Positions 18,208 to 28,400 of a stretch of DNA of 64,000 nt are shown here, piece by piece. This DNA comes from an uncultured virus (IMG/VR IMGVR_UViG_3300030099_006786). Taxonomy: Duplodnaviria > Heunggongvirae > Uroviricota > Caudoviricetes. The DNA is taken from IMG/VR virus record IMGVR_UViG_3300030099_006786. One strand, given 5' to 3'. The notes under the pieces were generated by a model. It searched no databases. It had not been told where the DNA came from and saw only the letters and a program-made list of their open reading frames with translations. How positions within the stretch are numbered: the first letter of the stretch is position 1; every line of letters begins with the position of its first letter. A program made the position numbers and the translations under genes.

Positions 18208-21200
18208 TTAGTATGTTGAAAAATCTGCATCAGTTCTTGTAATAACAAAGTCAAGTGCAATAAACTCGATTGCGCGAGCCGGCTTGATGTAGACCTTGGC
18301 ATACAAAACGTTTTGATCGATAAGATCGGCGGTCGTTGTGGTGTTGTCCAATTTAACAAGATATTCTGAAATACCTAAGTTAGTTTGTACACCTCTGAGG
18401 AAATCTTCGGTTTGATTTCTGAATCTATTCCATGTATCCTCTACGTTTTGGTCGAAAAGGATACCATTGGCAATTAATCTAACTTTCTTCTTGACGTAAA
18501 TCAACATTCTTCTAACGTTAATTCTGTCAAGCGCTGATGGATCGGCTAACAAGGTCTTTTGGCCGAAGACCACAATACCCTCTTGAGTAAAGTTAGCAAT
18601 TGGGTTAATATCGACTTCGTAAAGTTCATCACGGTCATCTCTGTTAAGTTGCTGAGTAACGCCCCCAACTTGAAGATTAATTTGGTTTTTACTAATTCCA
18701 CCGCGGTTAAAGCCTGCAGGAGCAAACCAAACTTGGTCTGTACTGGCGTCTGAACGACCCATGGCTCCGAGACCCACAACTGATGGTGGAAGGTATACGG
18801 TCGCGGCTGTGCGCGTGTCGGTAATGTATACCCACGGATAGTAGCATGCAGCGAAAGATGAGTCAAGCTGGCGCGATTTTATGTTGCTAACTGCAGTGGC
18901 CACGCTCTTAGGAGTTCTAGTGACTTTACTATTGGAATTTTCAGTGGCTGGAACATAGCCGCCCTCAACATCAATAATCGCCAGAACATCTTGACGTTCT
19001 TCAGCAGTTCTGATAACTTCATCGGTAATAGTAGTTTCCGTAATACCCGGAATTGTAAGAATGTTGGCCTCTGTAACTTCCGCATCTTCGACTGTCTTAA
19101 GAGCAGTGCGAAGACTATAATTAGCATAATAGCTTGCCTTAGTGGTACCAGCGAGATCCGAGTTGTTAAATGGCTCTTTTTCGTTGATTCTGAGACCATC
19201 AAACCCACCATAAAGAGGCAAGGAGAAATTCTTCGCGCCGATGCCAACTGTAGACTTCCAGCCTTCTGAACCCACCGCACTTCGAGATGTTCCAGCTTTT
19301 CTAGAGCCTGATGTATATGTCGCTGAGTCAGCGGTACCAACAATATCGTCAAGAGTAAAGTAGTATGAAATTTCTGATGCATCACCGGGCGTAAATGAAT
19401 CAGATTGAAGACCAAATGGTAGCGGACGTAAATAGTCAACAACGCCCGGGTCAAGCTGGTCGCTTCCTACCTTAAGTGCTGAGAAGCCAAAATAGGCGCC
19501 CTTAGTTTTAGTGGTAGAATCTCCAGCATCTGAATTAGTGCTTCGAAGTCTGGTTGAAGGAAATTGAATTGACGCAGTGTAATCAACACCTGTGGCTGAT
19601 GCAAACTCCTTGGCTCTTAACAAAGACTCTTGATCAGAGGATAGCCAACTAAACTTTGTACGAAATTGAACCATGGTATTAACTTGTTCAGATGCTTGAA
19701 CAAGCGTATCTTTGGCAGCAAGATCATAAGCAAACATCTGATTTGATCCAGATATAGTTGCAAAGTCTCTCGGCTTAAGTGGGCCTTCAAATCCAAATGG
19801 TACGGCACCCTTATTAATCGGAGTAGCGTCAGAATACATTTCTACACGAATATATCTGGAGCGATTAGGAAACTCTCCGTATCTAACTAATCTTTCATTA
19901 GCCTTATCATACTCGTAGTAATAATCACCAATAACTCGACCAATAAACTTATTAGAGTTTCTATCTAAATTGCATCTTTGGAAATATTCAAGACGACCTT
20001 CAGTTGCAAGTTTGCTATCTCGACTACCAATTGTTCTAACTTCGACATCAAAAGTCGGGTATCCACCCTCATATGATGCATCAGTAATGTTAGAGATTGA
20101 AATTTTGATATTTTTCTGAATATACTCACCAGCATCAGTCGCACAGAATCTAAATAATCTTTCTGCTCTTTCACCATTAGCCGGATCGAAAGTAGCTCTA
20201 TCCGCACTAAGATCTTGTGAGAAAATATAGCCAGTTTTTGCGTATTGATAATCCGACAACATTCTGTGGTGGCCCTCGGCTGTAGCGAGTGCGGAACCAG
20301 ATTGTAAGCACATAATTGCTCCGTATTGCGCACCAGCACCTGCAGCGCCGACAATTCGAGCAACTGCTTCTTCGTAAGTTTCACCTAAGAAATATTTTTG
20401 TTGATTAGATGAACCAACAAGATTAGCATTTGTTGCTACTGGATCAACGTTCAACACGTTGCGAATGTAATTGGTTGAGCCTTTAGTAAAATCAACAACT
20501 GCTTTTTTATAAACAGTTCCAGATTGATCTCTAAATTCTAATGCAAACGTATTTGAAGTCGCACCAGCACCACCAAGCGTAGTATTCAGTGACGATATAA
20601 GCGTGTAAGCACTACTTGTTAAAGTTGTTCCATAATCCTCATTTGCTAAAATAGAACCAGAGACTCTTACGTTACCTTCAGAAAGATAGAAAATAGCAGC
20701 TAGTGTACCGCTCATATTGTAGCCAACACCAGAGCCGCCAGCGCCACCGCGTTGTGGCCCAACTGATGCAGATTGGAAAACAAACAATCCCCAAGCTCCA
20801 CCGTTGGCGGACTCAACAGTATTCGGATATGCGGCTGCTCCACCAGTAGTTTCTGTGTACCATCCGGCTTTTGCGGCATCCGTGCTAGCGCCAGAAGGAC
20901 CCATACCTAATAAGCGAACAGTGGTAGCAGGTGACGCTCCTGACTTTAAGTAACTTTCTGCTGCGTATCCTGCATATGTTGGGCCTTGATAATTTCCAAG
21001 CCTGTAAACATCTGCTTTTCCGCCAGTTCTTGATTTTAATACCTCTGAGGCTGGTTTACCGGTTCCATCAATTGGGTTTCCAAAAAATGTAGTCCAATCG
21101 CTCCAGTTATCCACACTAACAGGGCGCATTGCGGGCCCATGTTCCGTGCGGCCAATGATAATCGGGCCGTCTTCAGGACGGGGGGTATCTCTAATTGATT

Positions 21201-21258
21201 CATCCACTTCTGCGATAAAAACGCCGGGGGATAAAAATTTGAATTTTTCAACTGCCAT
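18208..21258 (-). CDS. Contractile tail sheath protein (gp18-like) with large insertions
   Basis: FLSPGVFIAEVD, YYPWV, WFAPAGFNRG, INPIANF, VVFGQKTL, SALDRINVRRML, IKPARAIEFIALDF. Confidence 0.96.
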   Translation of the reverse strand: MAVEKFKFLSPGVFIAEVDESIRDTPRPEDGPIIIGRTEHGPAMRPVSVDNWSDWTTFFGNPIDGTGKPASEVLKSRTGGKADVYRLGNYQGPTYAGYAAESYLKSGASPATTVRLLGMGPSGASTDAAKAGWYTETTGGAAAYPNTVESANGGAWGLFVFQSASVGPQRGGAGGSGVGYNMSGTLAAIFYLSEGNVRVSGSILANEDYGTTLTSSAYTLISSLNTTLGGAGATSNTFALEFRDQSGTVYKKAVVDFTKGSTNYIRNVLNVDPVATNANLVGSSNQQKYFLGETYEEAVARIVGAAGAGAQYGAIMCLQSGSALATAEGHHRMLSDYQYAKTGYIFSQDLSADRATFDPANGERAERLFRFCATDAGEYIQKNIKISISNITDASYEGGYPTFDVEVRTIGSRDSKLATEGRLEYFQRCNLDRNSNKFIGRVIGDYYYEYDKANERLVRYGEFPNRSRYIRVEMYSDATPINKGAVPFGFEGPLKPRDFATISGSNQMFAYDLAAKDTLVQASEQVNTMVQFRTKFSWLSSDQESLLRAKEFASATGVDYTASIQFPSTRLRSTNSDAGDSTTKTKGAYFGFSALKVGSDQLDPGVVDYLRPLPFGLQSDSFTPGDASEISYYFTLDDIVGTADSATYTSGSRKAGTSRSAVGSEGWKSTVGIGAKNFSLPLYGGFDGLRINEKEPFNNSDLAGTTKASYYANYSLRTALKTVEDAEVTEANILTIPGITETTITDEVIRTAEERQDVLAIIDVEGGYVPATENSNSKVTRTPKSVATAVSNIKSRQLDSSFAACYYPWVYITDTRTAATVYLPPSVVGLGAMGRSDASTDQVWFAPAGFNRGGISKNQINLQVGGVTQQLNRDDRDELYEVDINPIANFTQEGIVVFGQKTLLADPSALDRINVRRMLIYVKKKVRLIANGILFDQNVEDTWNRFRNQTEDFLRGVQTNLGISEYLVKLDNTTTTADLIDQNVLYAKVYIKPARAIEFIALDFVITRTDADFSTY

Positions 21259-21327
21259 GGTTTTGTGGCTCCTTCGTAACAGTAAATCTCACTATCTAAG
21301 TAGTTACAATATAATCTAAAAGACACT

Positions 21328-22173
21328 TCACTCTTTATAAAATCTTCCATCATCCTCATTGGGATGCTTGTCGCCAATCAATATTCTTTCTCGCGGTAAT
21401 CGAACCTCGACTACTGACTGCCTTTTTTCTATCTCTAAGTACTCAGAATTTTTATCATCATTAAGCAAATATCCTAAGACCCTTATCTCAATGTTAGTTT
21501 CATACATTTTTTCATCATCACCTATAGATGTGACATTGTTAGCAGCATCATAAGTTTTTGGAAGAAATGCTTCGTAGCGGTGTGGTGATTGGCCGATCAT
21601 AAATCCATTAATTTGGCCGGGATATTTTAAAAAAGGAGTTAATATTTCATTAATTTGTTGTTGATATTGTGCTTTTATTTGAATTTTATATAAAACGTTA
21701 ACATGAACAGGTGCGGGGATAGTGTAAAATTCATAAACAACTTTTTTGTTATCTCTTCTGATATTGAACGGCGACTTTGTATTTTCAATTGTATTTTTAG
21801 CAGCAGAATACTTTGTAGTATTACGCTGATCAATTTTTTTACCTACAACAAATGCAGTTGAGGTGCCCCCTTTAGAATCTCTAGGTATATTACTATAAAA
21901 TGAACCTCTTTCTTCTTTATTAACAGATGTTCGTTCAATTGTCATAACAGGTAAATTTATATTTCCCTTACTGTCTCTAAGATTTACATCATTTTTAGAT
22001 TGAAAAGCTCTTTCTGCGCCTGCCCAGAGAATTGGAACTTGTTTCCAGCCATCAGGATATGTTGCCTGAATATTTAAAGTCTCTGTGACCCATTCGTAAA
22101 GTGCCCTATCAATAGTTTCCAAAGTTGATCTTGGAACTGTTATGGGACATTGTTCTGTTTTATCAGTTGGCAT
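21328..22173 (-). CDS. Tail completion/terminator-like protein (gp15 position)
   Basis: Start probably ATG 22173 (MPTDK). TIDRALYEW...VPILWAGAER...LPVMTIERT; located between neck and sheath genes. Confidence 0.55.
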   Translation of the reverse strand: MPTDKTEQCPITVPRSTLETIDRALYEWVTETLNIQATYPDGWKQVPILWAGAERAFQSKNDVNLRDSKGNINLPVMTIERTSVNKEERGSFYSNIPRDSKGGTSTAFVVGKKIDQRNTTKYSAAKNTIENTKSPFNIRRDNKKVVYEFYTIPAPVHVNVLYKIQIKAQYQQQINEILTPFLKYPGQINGFMIGQSPHRYEAFLPKTYDAANNVTSIGDDEKMYETNIEIRVLGYLLNDDKNSEYLEIEKRQSVVEVRLPRERILIGDKHPNEDDGRFYKE

Positions 22174-22663
22174 CGAAATAACTTCCTCTTGCTCTAGTAC
22201 ATACTGCAGTAATCTCAAAAGATTGATCTACTTGACCAAATAATGGCCTAGGCTCTTTCAGTGTTGTAATTTCATAGTACTGATCTCCATAATATATGAA
22301 ATCGCCCACTCTTGTGTAAAGATTTTGATCTTCTGAAAGTCTTCTTTTGTGAAAATGAACCACAATATCAGAACTAAAATCAACGTGCAATCCATCAACG
22401 TATCCAAAAGTAGACGCAGACTCATCCCAATCAACTAAGACATAAACACGTATAGGAGACAGAAAGTTTTTTTGAATTGACTCCCCATAAACATCATGAA
22501 AATTGGTTCTATCTATGTCAATTGGATAGTAAAGGATTTGTTGCCCAATAACTTTTTCAATTAACTCATCGTTAACCTGCTTAACTAGGTTTCTTTCTTT
22601 CTCACCTAAAAATAATGGCGGGGGTGGGTTTTTAGGTCTGGACCATTCATCATCGTATGCCAT
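22163..22663 (-). CDS. Neck / head closure protein (gp14-like)
   Basis: ELIEKVIGQQILYY, DVYGE, VGDFIYY...YYEI; synteny. Confidence 0.7.
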   Translation of the reverse strand: MAYDDEWSRPKNPPPPLFLGEKERNLVKQVNDELIEKVIGQQILYYPIDIDRTNFHDVYGESIQKNFLSPIRVYVLVDWDESASTFGYVDGLHVDFSSDIVVHFHKRRLSEDQNLYTRVGDFIYYGDQYYEITTLKEPRPLFGQVDQSFEITAVCTRARGSYFDAN

Positions 22664-22668
22664 TCACA

Positions 22669-23946
22669 TTACCCCACAAATATTGGCAGCGGTGTTCTAC
22701 GTAAAGTTTCTTCAACTGCTGCGACCTTTTCTTGATCTCTCTTCGCTAATTCTGAATATTCGGTGCTATCAAGCATCTCCATTAGCTTATCTTTAAGTTG
22801 TTGTTGTTCGTCTTTTGCTTGCGAAAGCAAGTCAGATGCATTAAGTGTTACACTCTCCCCCGGAATCGGTATTGAAGCGAATTTACCACGAATCTGACCT
22901 AACATTTCTTTTGATAATGCTAGTGCATATTTGCGAATCCATTGCTTACCTATGGCATTTATGTTTTCGAACGGCACATTATCGAATGGTAGCGTATTTA
23001 AGTTATTAACACCTTCCATACCATCATCATAGTCATTGTCGCTTTCATAGGCATCAGTATCAATTCTAAATCTTACGTAAATTCTGCTTAAATGGCCTGT
23101 AAAATGCTCTTGGCTGGATGGCGTCGGATACAACCTAATAAAGTTATTCATAATTTCATATGAATAGTGAGATGTTCGCGTATAAAGCGAATCTTCGTAC
23201 ATAATAGCCTGCATTTTGTTTTGCCACGTAGGTATAACTTCAAAAGTTGAGTCATCGGCGTATTGACCATAAGTTGAATAATTTCCAACAACGCCAATTC
23301 CACCATAATACCCGAAAAAACGCCACATTGCAACAGGTGACTTATAATAAACCTTGTCAATGATGATTCTGTTGTTTTTGACTTTGCCAGTGTAGTCAAC
23401 TGGCGCCCCTGCGTCGTTAAGACCAGAAGCAGACGAACTAGAAATTATAGATTGTATATTGTAATCTTGTTGATTGTTTACAGCCTTAAAAGATGCGGAA
23501 TAGAATCTAGTAGTTCCGCCTTGGCCGGCCATAGTAGACATACCATCACCAACTTTATTTGCATATGCCAATTGAAATTTTGGAAATTTCAAGTTAGCGC
23601 CAGAAGGACCATCAGTTAAGTCACCTTTATGATCAAACGTACCCGTGGTATTACCCAAAGCATCTGATAAGATGTTTTTACCTTGATGTAAATTAACAAT
23701 GTATGAATACTCAAGCACTGCTTCTTCATATGCTGAATAAACGTTAGATGGAGTCAATTCAATGTCTACTACATCACCACCAAGCTTTTTATAAGTGTAA
23801 GCAACTTGTGCTGTGGCACCCGATAAGAAATCAGCGGAGCCAGTATACATACCAAAAGGTAAAGAACTGGCTACGTCACTAAATGTACCCGTTGAAGGTA
23901 ATACGATCGCGCTTTGTTGCGATCTTGGTAATAAATTGGCCGGCAC
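22669..23946 (-). CDS. Neck / head-tail adaptor (gp13-like)
   Basis: KLGGDVVDIEL, WIRKYALALSKEMLGQIRGKF, IPGESVTLNA; GTG start. Confidence 0.8.
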   Translation of the reverse strand: MPANLLPRSQQSAIVLPSTGTFSDVASSLPFGMYTGSADFLSGATAQVAYTYKKLGGDVVDIELTPSNVYSAYEEAVLEYSYIVNLHQGKNILSDALGNTTGTFDHKGDLTDGPSGANLKFPKFQLAYANKVGDGMSTMAGQGGTTRFYSASFKAVNNQQDYNIQSIISSSSASGLNDAGAPVDYTGKVKNNRIIIDKVYYKSPVAMWRFFGYYGGIGVVGNYSTYGQYADDSTFEVIPTWQNKMQAIMYEDSLYTRTSHYSYEIMNNFIRLYPTPSSQEHFTGHLSRIYVRFRIDTDAYESDNDYDDGMEGVNNLNTLPFDNVPFENINAIGKQWIRKYALALSKEMLGQIRGKFASIPIPGESVTLNASDLLSQAKDEQQQLKDKLMEMLDSTEYSELAKRDQEKVAAVEETLRRTPLPIFVG

Positions 23947-24007
23947 GCACGGATCCTCCTACTAAATAAATAGTTAGCAAAACACAAAGCCCAAGTCTAT
24001 TAGCGTT

Positions 24008-24334
24008 TTATACCGACTTAGATACTTGGGTTTTACTTTTTCTGGAGCGTGTACGTGTTGTTTTCGCTGTTTTTGTGGTCTTGGCTGTACTTTTTAATGT
24101 GTTTTTAGTTTTAGTGTAATTTGTAGATTTTTTTTCTTTTACGGTTGAATTCACAACTGGTTTTTCTTCTACAACGGGTGTTACAACCTCTGCAGCAACT
24201 TCAACTTTTGTTGGTTGATTTTCTACGACGTTTTCTTCTACTTCAATTTCAGAAACACTGTCTCTGTATAATGGATGATTTCGATGTTTAAGATTAAATT
24301 TTTGACTATTAATAAGTCTGCGTTTTTTGCCCAT
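24008..24334 (-). CDS. Hypothetical protein with Lys/Thr-rich basic tail
   Basis: 108 aa ORF with SD GGAG and an upstream late motif. Confidence 0.6.
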   Translation of the reverse strand: MGKKRRLINSQKFNLKHRNHPLYRDSVSEIEVEENVVENQPTKVEVAAEVVTPVVEEKPVVNSTVKEKKSTNYTKTKNTLKSTAKTTKTAKTTRTRSRKSKTQVSKSV

Positions 24335-24433
24335 TAGGGTCTCCTATATAACATAATAAATAGTATCTTTTTTGAAAAACGAAAATCTCAAAAAATTACT
24401 GGGAAAAATTTTTGAGGGATCGACATTTTCAAT

Positions 24434-24465
24434 AAAAAACCCCCAACCAAGATGGATGAGGGTTT
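24434..24465 (-). terminator. Rho-independent terminator
   Basis: AAACCCTCATCC-ATCTT-GGTTGGGGGTTT followed by TTTATT. Confidence 0.7.
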
Positions 24466-24492
24466 AAAATTATGAAGTCACTACAGTTTAAA

Positions 24493-25113
24493 TTAGAAAG
24501 ATGCTCTTCCATAAAGTCTAACTGTAAGCTTACCTGCTGTGAACACTGCAGCACCGGTAGAAGTAGCCCCTTCGCAAAGGTAGAGGTAATTTCCAGATGT
24601 TACGGTGCCAACTGTTTCATTAGTCATGGTTTGCCCTTTTGCAATATTTTCAGTTGCCGCAAAGATAGATTCACCACCGGATGCATCACCGTCGTAAGCT
24701 AAAGTTGAACTTGAGTGTAAAATCAAGTCAAAGTCTTTCAATACGTTAGTACCTGTAGGCAATTCAAGACAAGTAAGCTCTACTCTGTAGAGAATACCGT
24801 GTGTTGCGGTAGCATACTGAAGCGCATATGCGCCTGCAACACCGTCAAGACCAATTACATCACCGACGTCGCTGGCCTTTTTCAAGCCAGTAAGATCGAT
24901 ATCAATAGTGGTTACAATATCGCCATTTGCTAATTTACTAACATATGTTGCTGGTGCAACTTCAGTGCTAATAAGTCCGGCGCCGTATGTTGGATCTTCA
25001 GCCTTTTTTTGAGCTTGCAATCCTGAAAGGGTGCTCTGACTAATATCAAGATCTCTTTTTAAATTTTCAATTAAAGCCTCAACTCTCGCTAAGCCTATTC
25101 TTTTACTTCCCAT
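24493..25113 (-). CDS. Putative capsid-associated structural protein
   Basis: 206 aa, immediately downstream of the major capsid gene, beta-rich, strong SD GGAGG. Confidence 0.55.
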   Translation of the reverse strand: MGSKRIGLARVEALIENLKRDLDISQSTLSGLQAQKKAEDPTYGAGLISTEVAPATYVSKLANGDIVTTIDIDLTGLKKASDVGDVIGLDGVAGAYALQYATATHGILYRVELTCLELPTGTNVLKDFDLILHSSSTLAYDGDASGGESIFAATENIAKGQTMTNETVGTVTSGNYLYLCEGATSTGAAVFTAGKLTVRLYGRASF

Positions 25114-25202
25114 GTTTAAAACCCTCCATTTATAATCATGTCAAAAACATATGGTACGGAATAATTTATATTCTCGCACCATAAATAGTTTTCAGATACA
25201 GG

Positions 25203-25230
25203 AAAGCCCCCGTCAAAAAACGGAGGCTTT
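25203..25230 (-). terminator. Hairpin terminator after the major capsid gene
   Basis: AAAGCCTCCGT-TTTTTG-ACGGGGGCTTT. Confidence 0.65.
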
Positions 25231-25253
25231 ACACTGCAGCTATGGGCTAACTA

Positions 25254-27095
25254 TTAGCTAGTTGCACCCGATGAGCCGTTAAGACCACGACACACGACTA
25301 ATCCGTACATATCTGGACGAACCATCTTCTTCGCGTAACGGGTCATAACACCCTTACGTGGCACGAAGTCTTCTGGTCCGAAGATCGTAGGAGTAGTTTG
25401 CAGTGGTACATACGGTGCGTACACATATCCGCTTTCAAGGAAAGAGGAACCGCGACGTCCAACGAGGATTACGTTGCGAAGGAAGTAAGGATCAACAATT
25501 ACATCAAACTTCTTGCTCAACGAACCAACGTTGACTGCACCGACCGAACCGGTTTCATCATCGTGAGTGACAGAAGCACGGAATCCAGCAGTGAACTCAA
25601 GAATGTTGGCAACTTCAGGTCCGCAGACGATAAAGTTAGCGCCGCCACGAAGAGTCTTGCGGTGAATTTGTGCAGAAACATCGTTGATGGTTTCAACGAG
25701 AGTTTCGTACCACTCGGAAACAGTACCGGTGAAGTCAGGAGCAGCAGAGCTAGCGCCAACTTCTTCACCAGTAGTGCGGTCAAGGAATTGTCCCGGGTTA
25801 CGCGACCAGTAGTAAGTACCGGCAGTTGCACCGTTAACGAGGTCTGCAAGGATCTCGCGGTCAATTTCAAGAGCGATTTGTTCCGAAAGGATGCTAGTCA
25901 ACTCAACTTCAGCATCAAGGTTGTGGTAAGCGTTAAGGTCTTGACCTAACTCTGGAGTCCACTTAGCCTTGAGCTTCTTGGTGATAGCGGTCACGGCGAT
26001 CGAATCGACCTTGATGTCGATTTCTGGAATCGCTTCTTCTGCTTCAAGCGCGAACGGGCTTGCGCCTACAACAGCACCAAGGGTATCTGCCTTAGTAATA
26101 TTATCACGCTGTGGGAAAGAACACGTAAGAGATGGAATTGGCATCTCATCGGTAGCACCACCACCACGGCCAGTAGCATTGTTGTTAGCAACTCGAATTT
26201 CGTCGGTACCTGAACCAGTCAATCCAACATAAGTCAGAAGAATTTGGGCGTTATCAGCGGTATCGGCCGCATCTGGGTCCAAGCGCGTAAGTCGACGAAC
26301 CAACTGAGGAACAGTGCTTTGAAGACAACCACTTAATGCGGTCGCTGCGTTACTTGCTGTAATTGCAGCCAAATTCTCTCGATCTAATTGAGTTAATCCA
26401 GAGGCACTAATTGCAGCAATACAAACAGCATGAGTCGCTGCTGTTCCGTTGCGAGTAATCTTCGAAAGAATATCAGGATCGTATTGAAGAAGCTTCTTTT
26501 GTGCTTCAGTCATGGAAGACGTAAGCGAGAAAGAAGTCTTAATAATTCCCTTAGTTCCTGCGGAAGCGGTTGCGGCTGCATAGCCATAACCACGCGCGGT
26601 TGCGGTGCGAGGACCTGAAAGGTCTTCGGTGCGGGCACCAAGAAGATCAACACCACCGGTAACTTGTGCACCAACTTGGTTTGTACCATAAATTGACTTG
26701 TTACGGAGGTTACCTAATCTTCCATCATCAGCTTCTTGAGCACCAGCCGCATCGGGCGAGAACACGAAGTCAAGGAAGAAGATAAGTCCACTTGGAAGGC
26801 TCATGGGCTGAACGCTAACGAGATCGTTTGCAATCAATCCTGCGAATACACGACGGACAATTGGGAATGCGACGGCTGCGAAGCCCTCAACATCACCAGC
26901 GCTCATAGAGCTTTGCTCGCGAAGTAATTCTTTTGCTTGGTTTTCAAGAAGGCGAGCCATAGATTGCTTGTTGCGATCTGTATTGATTCCTTCAAGAAGT
27001 CCGGTTTTTTCCCACTTAGAGAGTAGGGCGTGACCTTCGGCACGCATATCACGGTTGACTACACCTTCGGTGAGTCTGTCGATAATACCAGCCAT
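25254..27095 (-). CDS. Major capsid protein (T4 gp23-like)
   Basis: PIVRRVF, VSVQPMSLPSGLIFFLD, KLKAKWTPELGQDLNAYH, EIDREIL, YAPYVPL, FVPRKGVMTRYA. Confidence 0.97.
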   Translation of the reverse strand: MAGIIDRLTEGVVNRDMRAEGHALLSKWEKTGLLEGINTDRNKQSMARLLENQAKELLREQSSMSAGDVEGFAAVAFPIVRRVFAGLIANDLVSVQPMSLPSGLIFFLDFVFSPDAAGAQEADDGRLGNLRNKSIYGTNQVGAQVTGGVDLLGARTEDLSGPRTATARGYGYAAATASAGTKGIIKTSFSLTSSMTEAQKKLLQYDPDILSKITRNGTAATHAVCIAAISASGLTQLDRENLAAITASNAATALSGCLQSTVPQLVRRLTRLDPDAADTADNAQILLTYVGLTGSGTDEIRVANNNATGRGGGATDEMPIPSLTCSFPQRDNITKADTLGAVVGASPFALEAEEAIPEIDIKVDSIAVTAITKKLKAKWTPELGQDLNAYHNLDAEVELTSILSEQIALEIDREILADLVNGATAGTYYWSRNPGQFLDRTTGEEVGASSAAPDFTGTVSEWYETLVETINDVSAQIHRKTLRGGANFIVCGPEVANILEFTAGFRASVTHDDETGSVGAVNVGSLSKKFDVIVDPYFLRNVILVGRRGSSFLESGYVYAPYVPLQTTPTIFGPEDFVPRKGVMTRYAKKMVRPDMYGLVVCRGLNGSSGATS

Positions 27096-27117
27096 TTTTA
27101 ATTTCTCCTTTAAATTA

Positions 27118-28317
27118 TTAAATTATACCTGCTAGTTTTTTCATTCGCTCAGATACAGGATCAACCTTTTGGGTTTCAGCCTTTCTGCTAGCACGAATGA
27201 CAGAAGACGGACTTCTGATTGCTTCGCCAAGTGTTTCTGGTCGACGCTTGGGCTTCGACTCCACTGTGCTTTGAAGTGTTTCAAAAATGGTCTTCGCTTC
27301 ATTTACAGAACCAGCTTTGGAAATTGCATCGACAATTTTGGTTTTTTGTCGCTCATTCAAGGAGTTATTTCTTAGAACGCGGTTCGTGTATAATAAACGA
27401 GCGTTAGAAAGATTAACGTCATAGACGGTTTCTTTCAATTGCTCAACTACGTTTTCGTAGTTTTGAATTTTCTCGCTAAGTTGGTTATTCTCAAAAACCA
27501 ACTCTTCTTGAGCTTTTTTCAAATCTTCTAATTCTTCTTGGACTTCTGTGCTTCTGCGGTGTGCGATTTCTTTTTCCATTTGGAATTTTTGGTCTTCAGA
27601 TGAGCGCCCAGCCCATCCAGCCAATTCAGCACCCATATCAACAGTAAGCTTCTCTACAATAGAGTCTACAAGAGAATCAATATCAATATCTTCGTTAGTT
27701 GCTTGGCCTTCTTCGCCAGCATAAGAACCCGGATCGTCATCGCCATCACCCTTAGAATCTTCACCCTCTTCGGATTCAAGAGATTCTTTATCAGCGACAG
27801 AGGCTGCAGCAGAACCTGCAAGTTCAGCACCACCACCTTCTTCGATTGGCTCTTCTAATTCTTCGGAAAGTTTTTCCATAATAGCTGCGACGAGTGAATC
27901 CATTTCGGTTTCTTCTTCGATTTCTTCTTCTTCGGCTAATTCTACTTCCACTTCGTTAATTTCTTCCTCGGAGTCTTCTTCCAAGTTTTCTACTTCTTCA
28001 TTGAGGGCTTTTAAAGCTTCTGCAAGTTCATCGAAGTTAATTTCAATTTCGGTTTCTTCATCTTCATCGGGACACGGACAAAGATCTTCACCTTCAGCGG
28101 CACCAAGAGGTACGTCAACACCAGCGTCTGGGCCGGCTGCAGCGGCAGCATCGCCGGCTAGGGCTCCTAACCCCATATCGTCTTGTTCTAAAATTTGATC
28201 AAGATTCTTTTTAACTTCGTCAGAATATTTTTCAATGACAGAAGCTTCAGCGTTTTTAAGCGCTGCTTCCTTAAGGGCACTCGCATCAACGATTGCTTGC
28301 TCCAATAAAGATGACAT
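27118..28317 (-). CDS. Prohead core / scaffolding protein (gp22-like)
   Basis: Highly acidic coiled coil, NLSNARLLYTN, C-terminal RMKKLAGI; directly upstream of the capsid gene. Confidence 0.85.
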   Translation of the reverse strand: MSSLLEQAIVDASALKEAALKNAEASVIEKYSDEVKKNLDQILEQDDMGLGALAGDAAAAAGPDAGVDVPLGAAEGEDLCPCPDEDEETEIEINFDELAEALKALNEEVENLEEDSEEEINEVEVELAEEEEIEEETEMDSLVAAIMEKLSEELEEPIEEGGGAELAGSAAASVADKESLESEEGEDSKGDGDDDPGSYAGEEGQATNEDIDIDSLVDSIVEKLTVDMGAELAGWAGRSSEDQKFQMEKEIAHRRSTEVQEELEDLKKAQEELVFENNQLSEKIQNYENVVEQLKETVYDVNLSNARLLYTNRVLRNNSLNERQKTKIVDAISKAGSVNEAKTIFETLQSTVESKPKRRPETLGEAIRSPSSVIRASRKAETQKVDPVSERMKKLAGII

Positions 28318-28400
28318 TTATATGACTCCTATAAAAACAGTTTTTCAATGTAAATAGTGTTGACACAATTGAAAATCCATTTATTTAATGACCACAGTGC

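Noticed and set aside
18546..21377. Alternate-frame minus-strand ORFs within the sheath gene
   Set aside because: Fully nested, no SD or recognisable motifs; consistent with codon-bias artefacts
25398..26927. Several plus-strand and alternate-frame ORFs over the major capsid gene
   Set aside because: Expected shadows of a codon-biased, highly expressed gene
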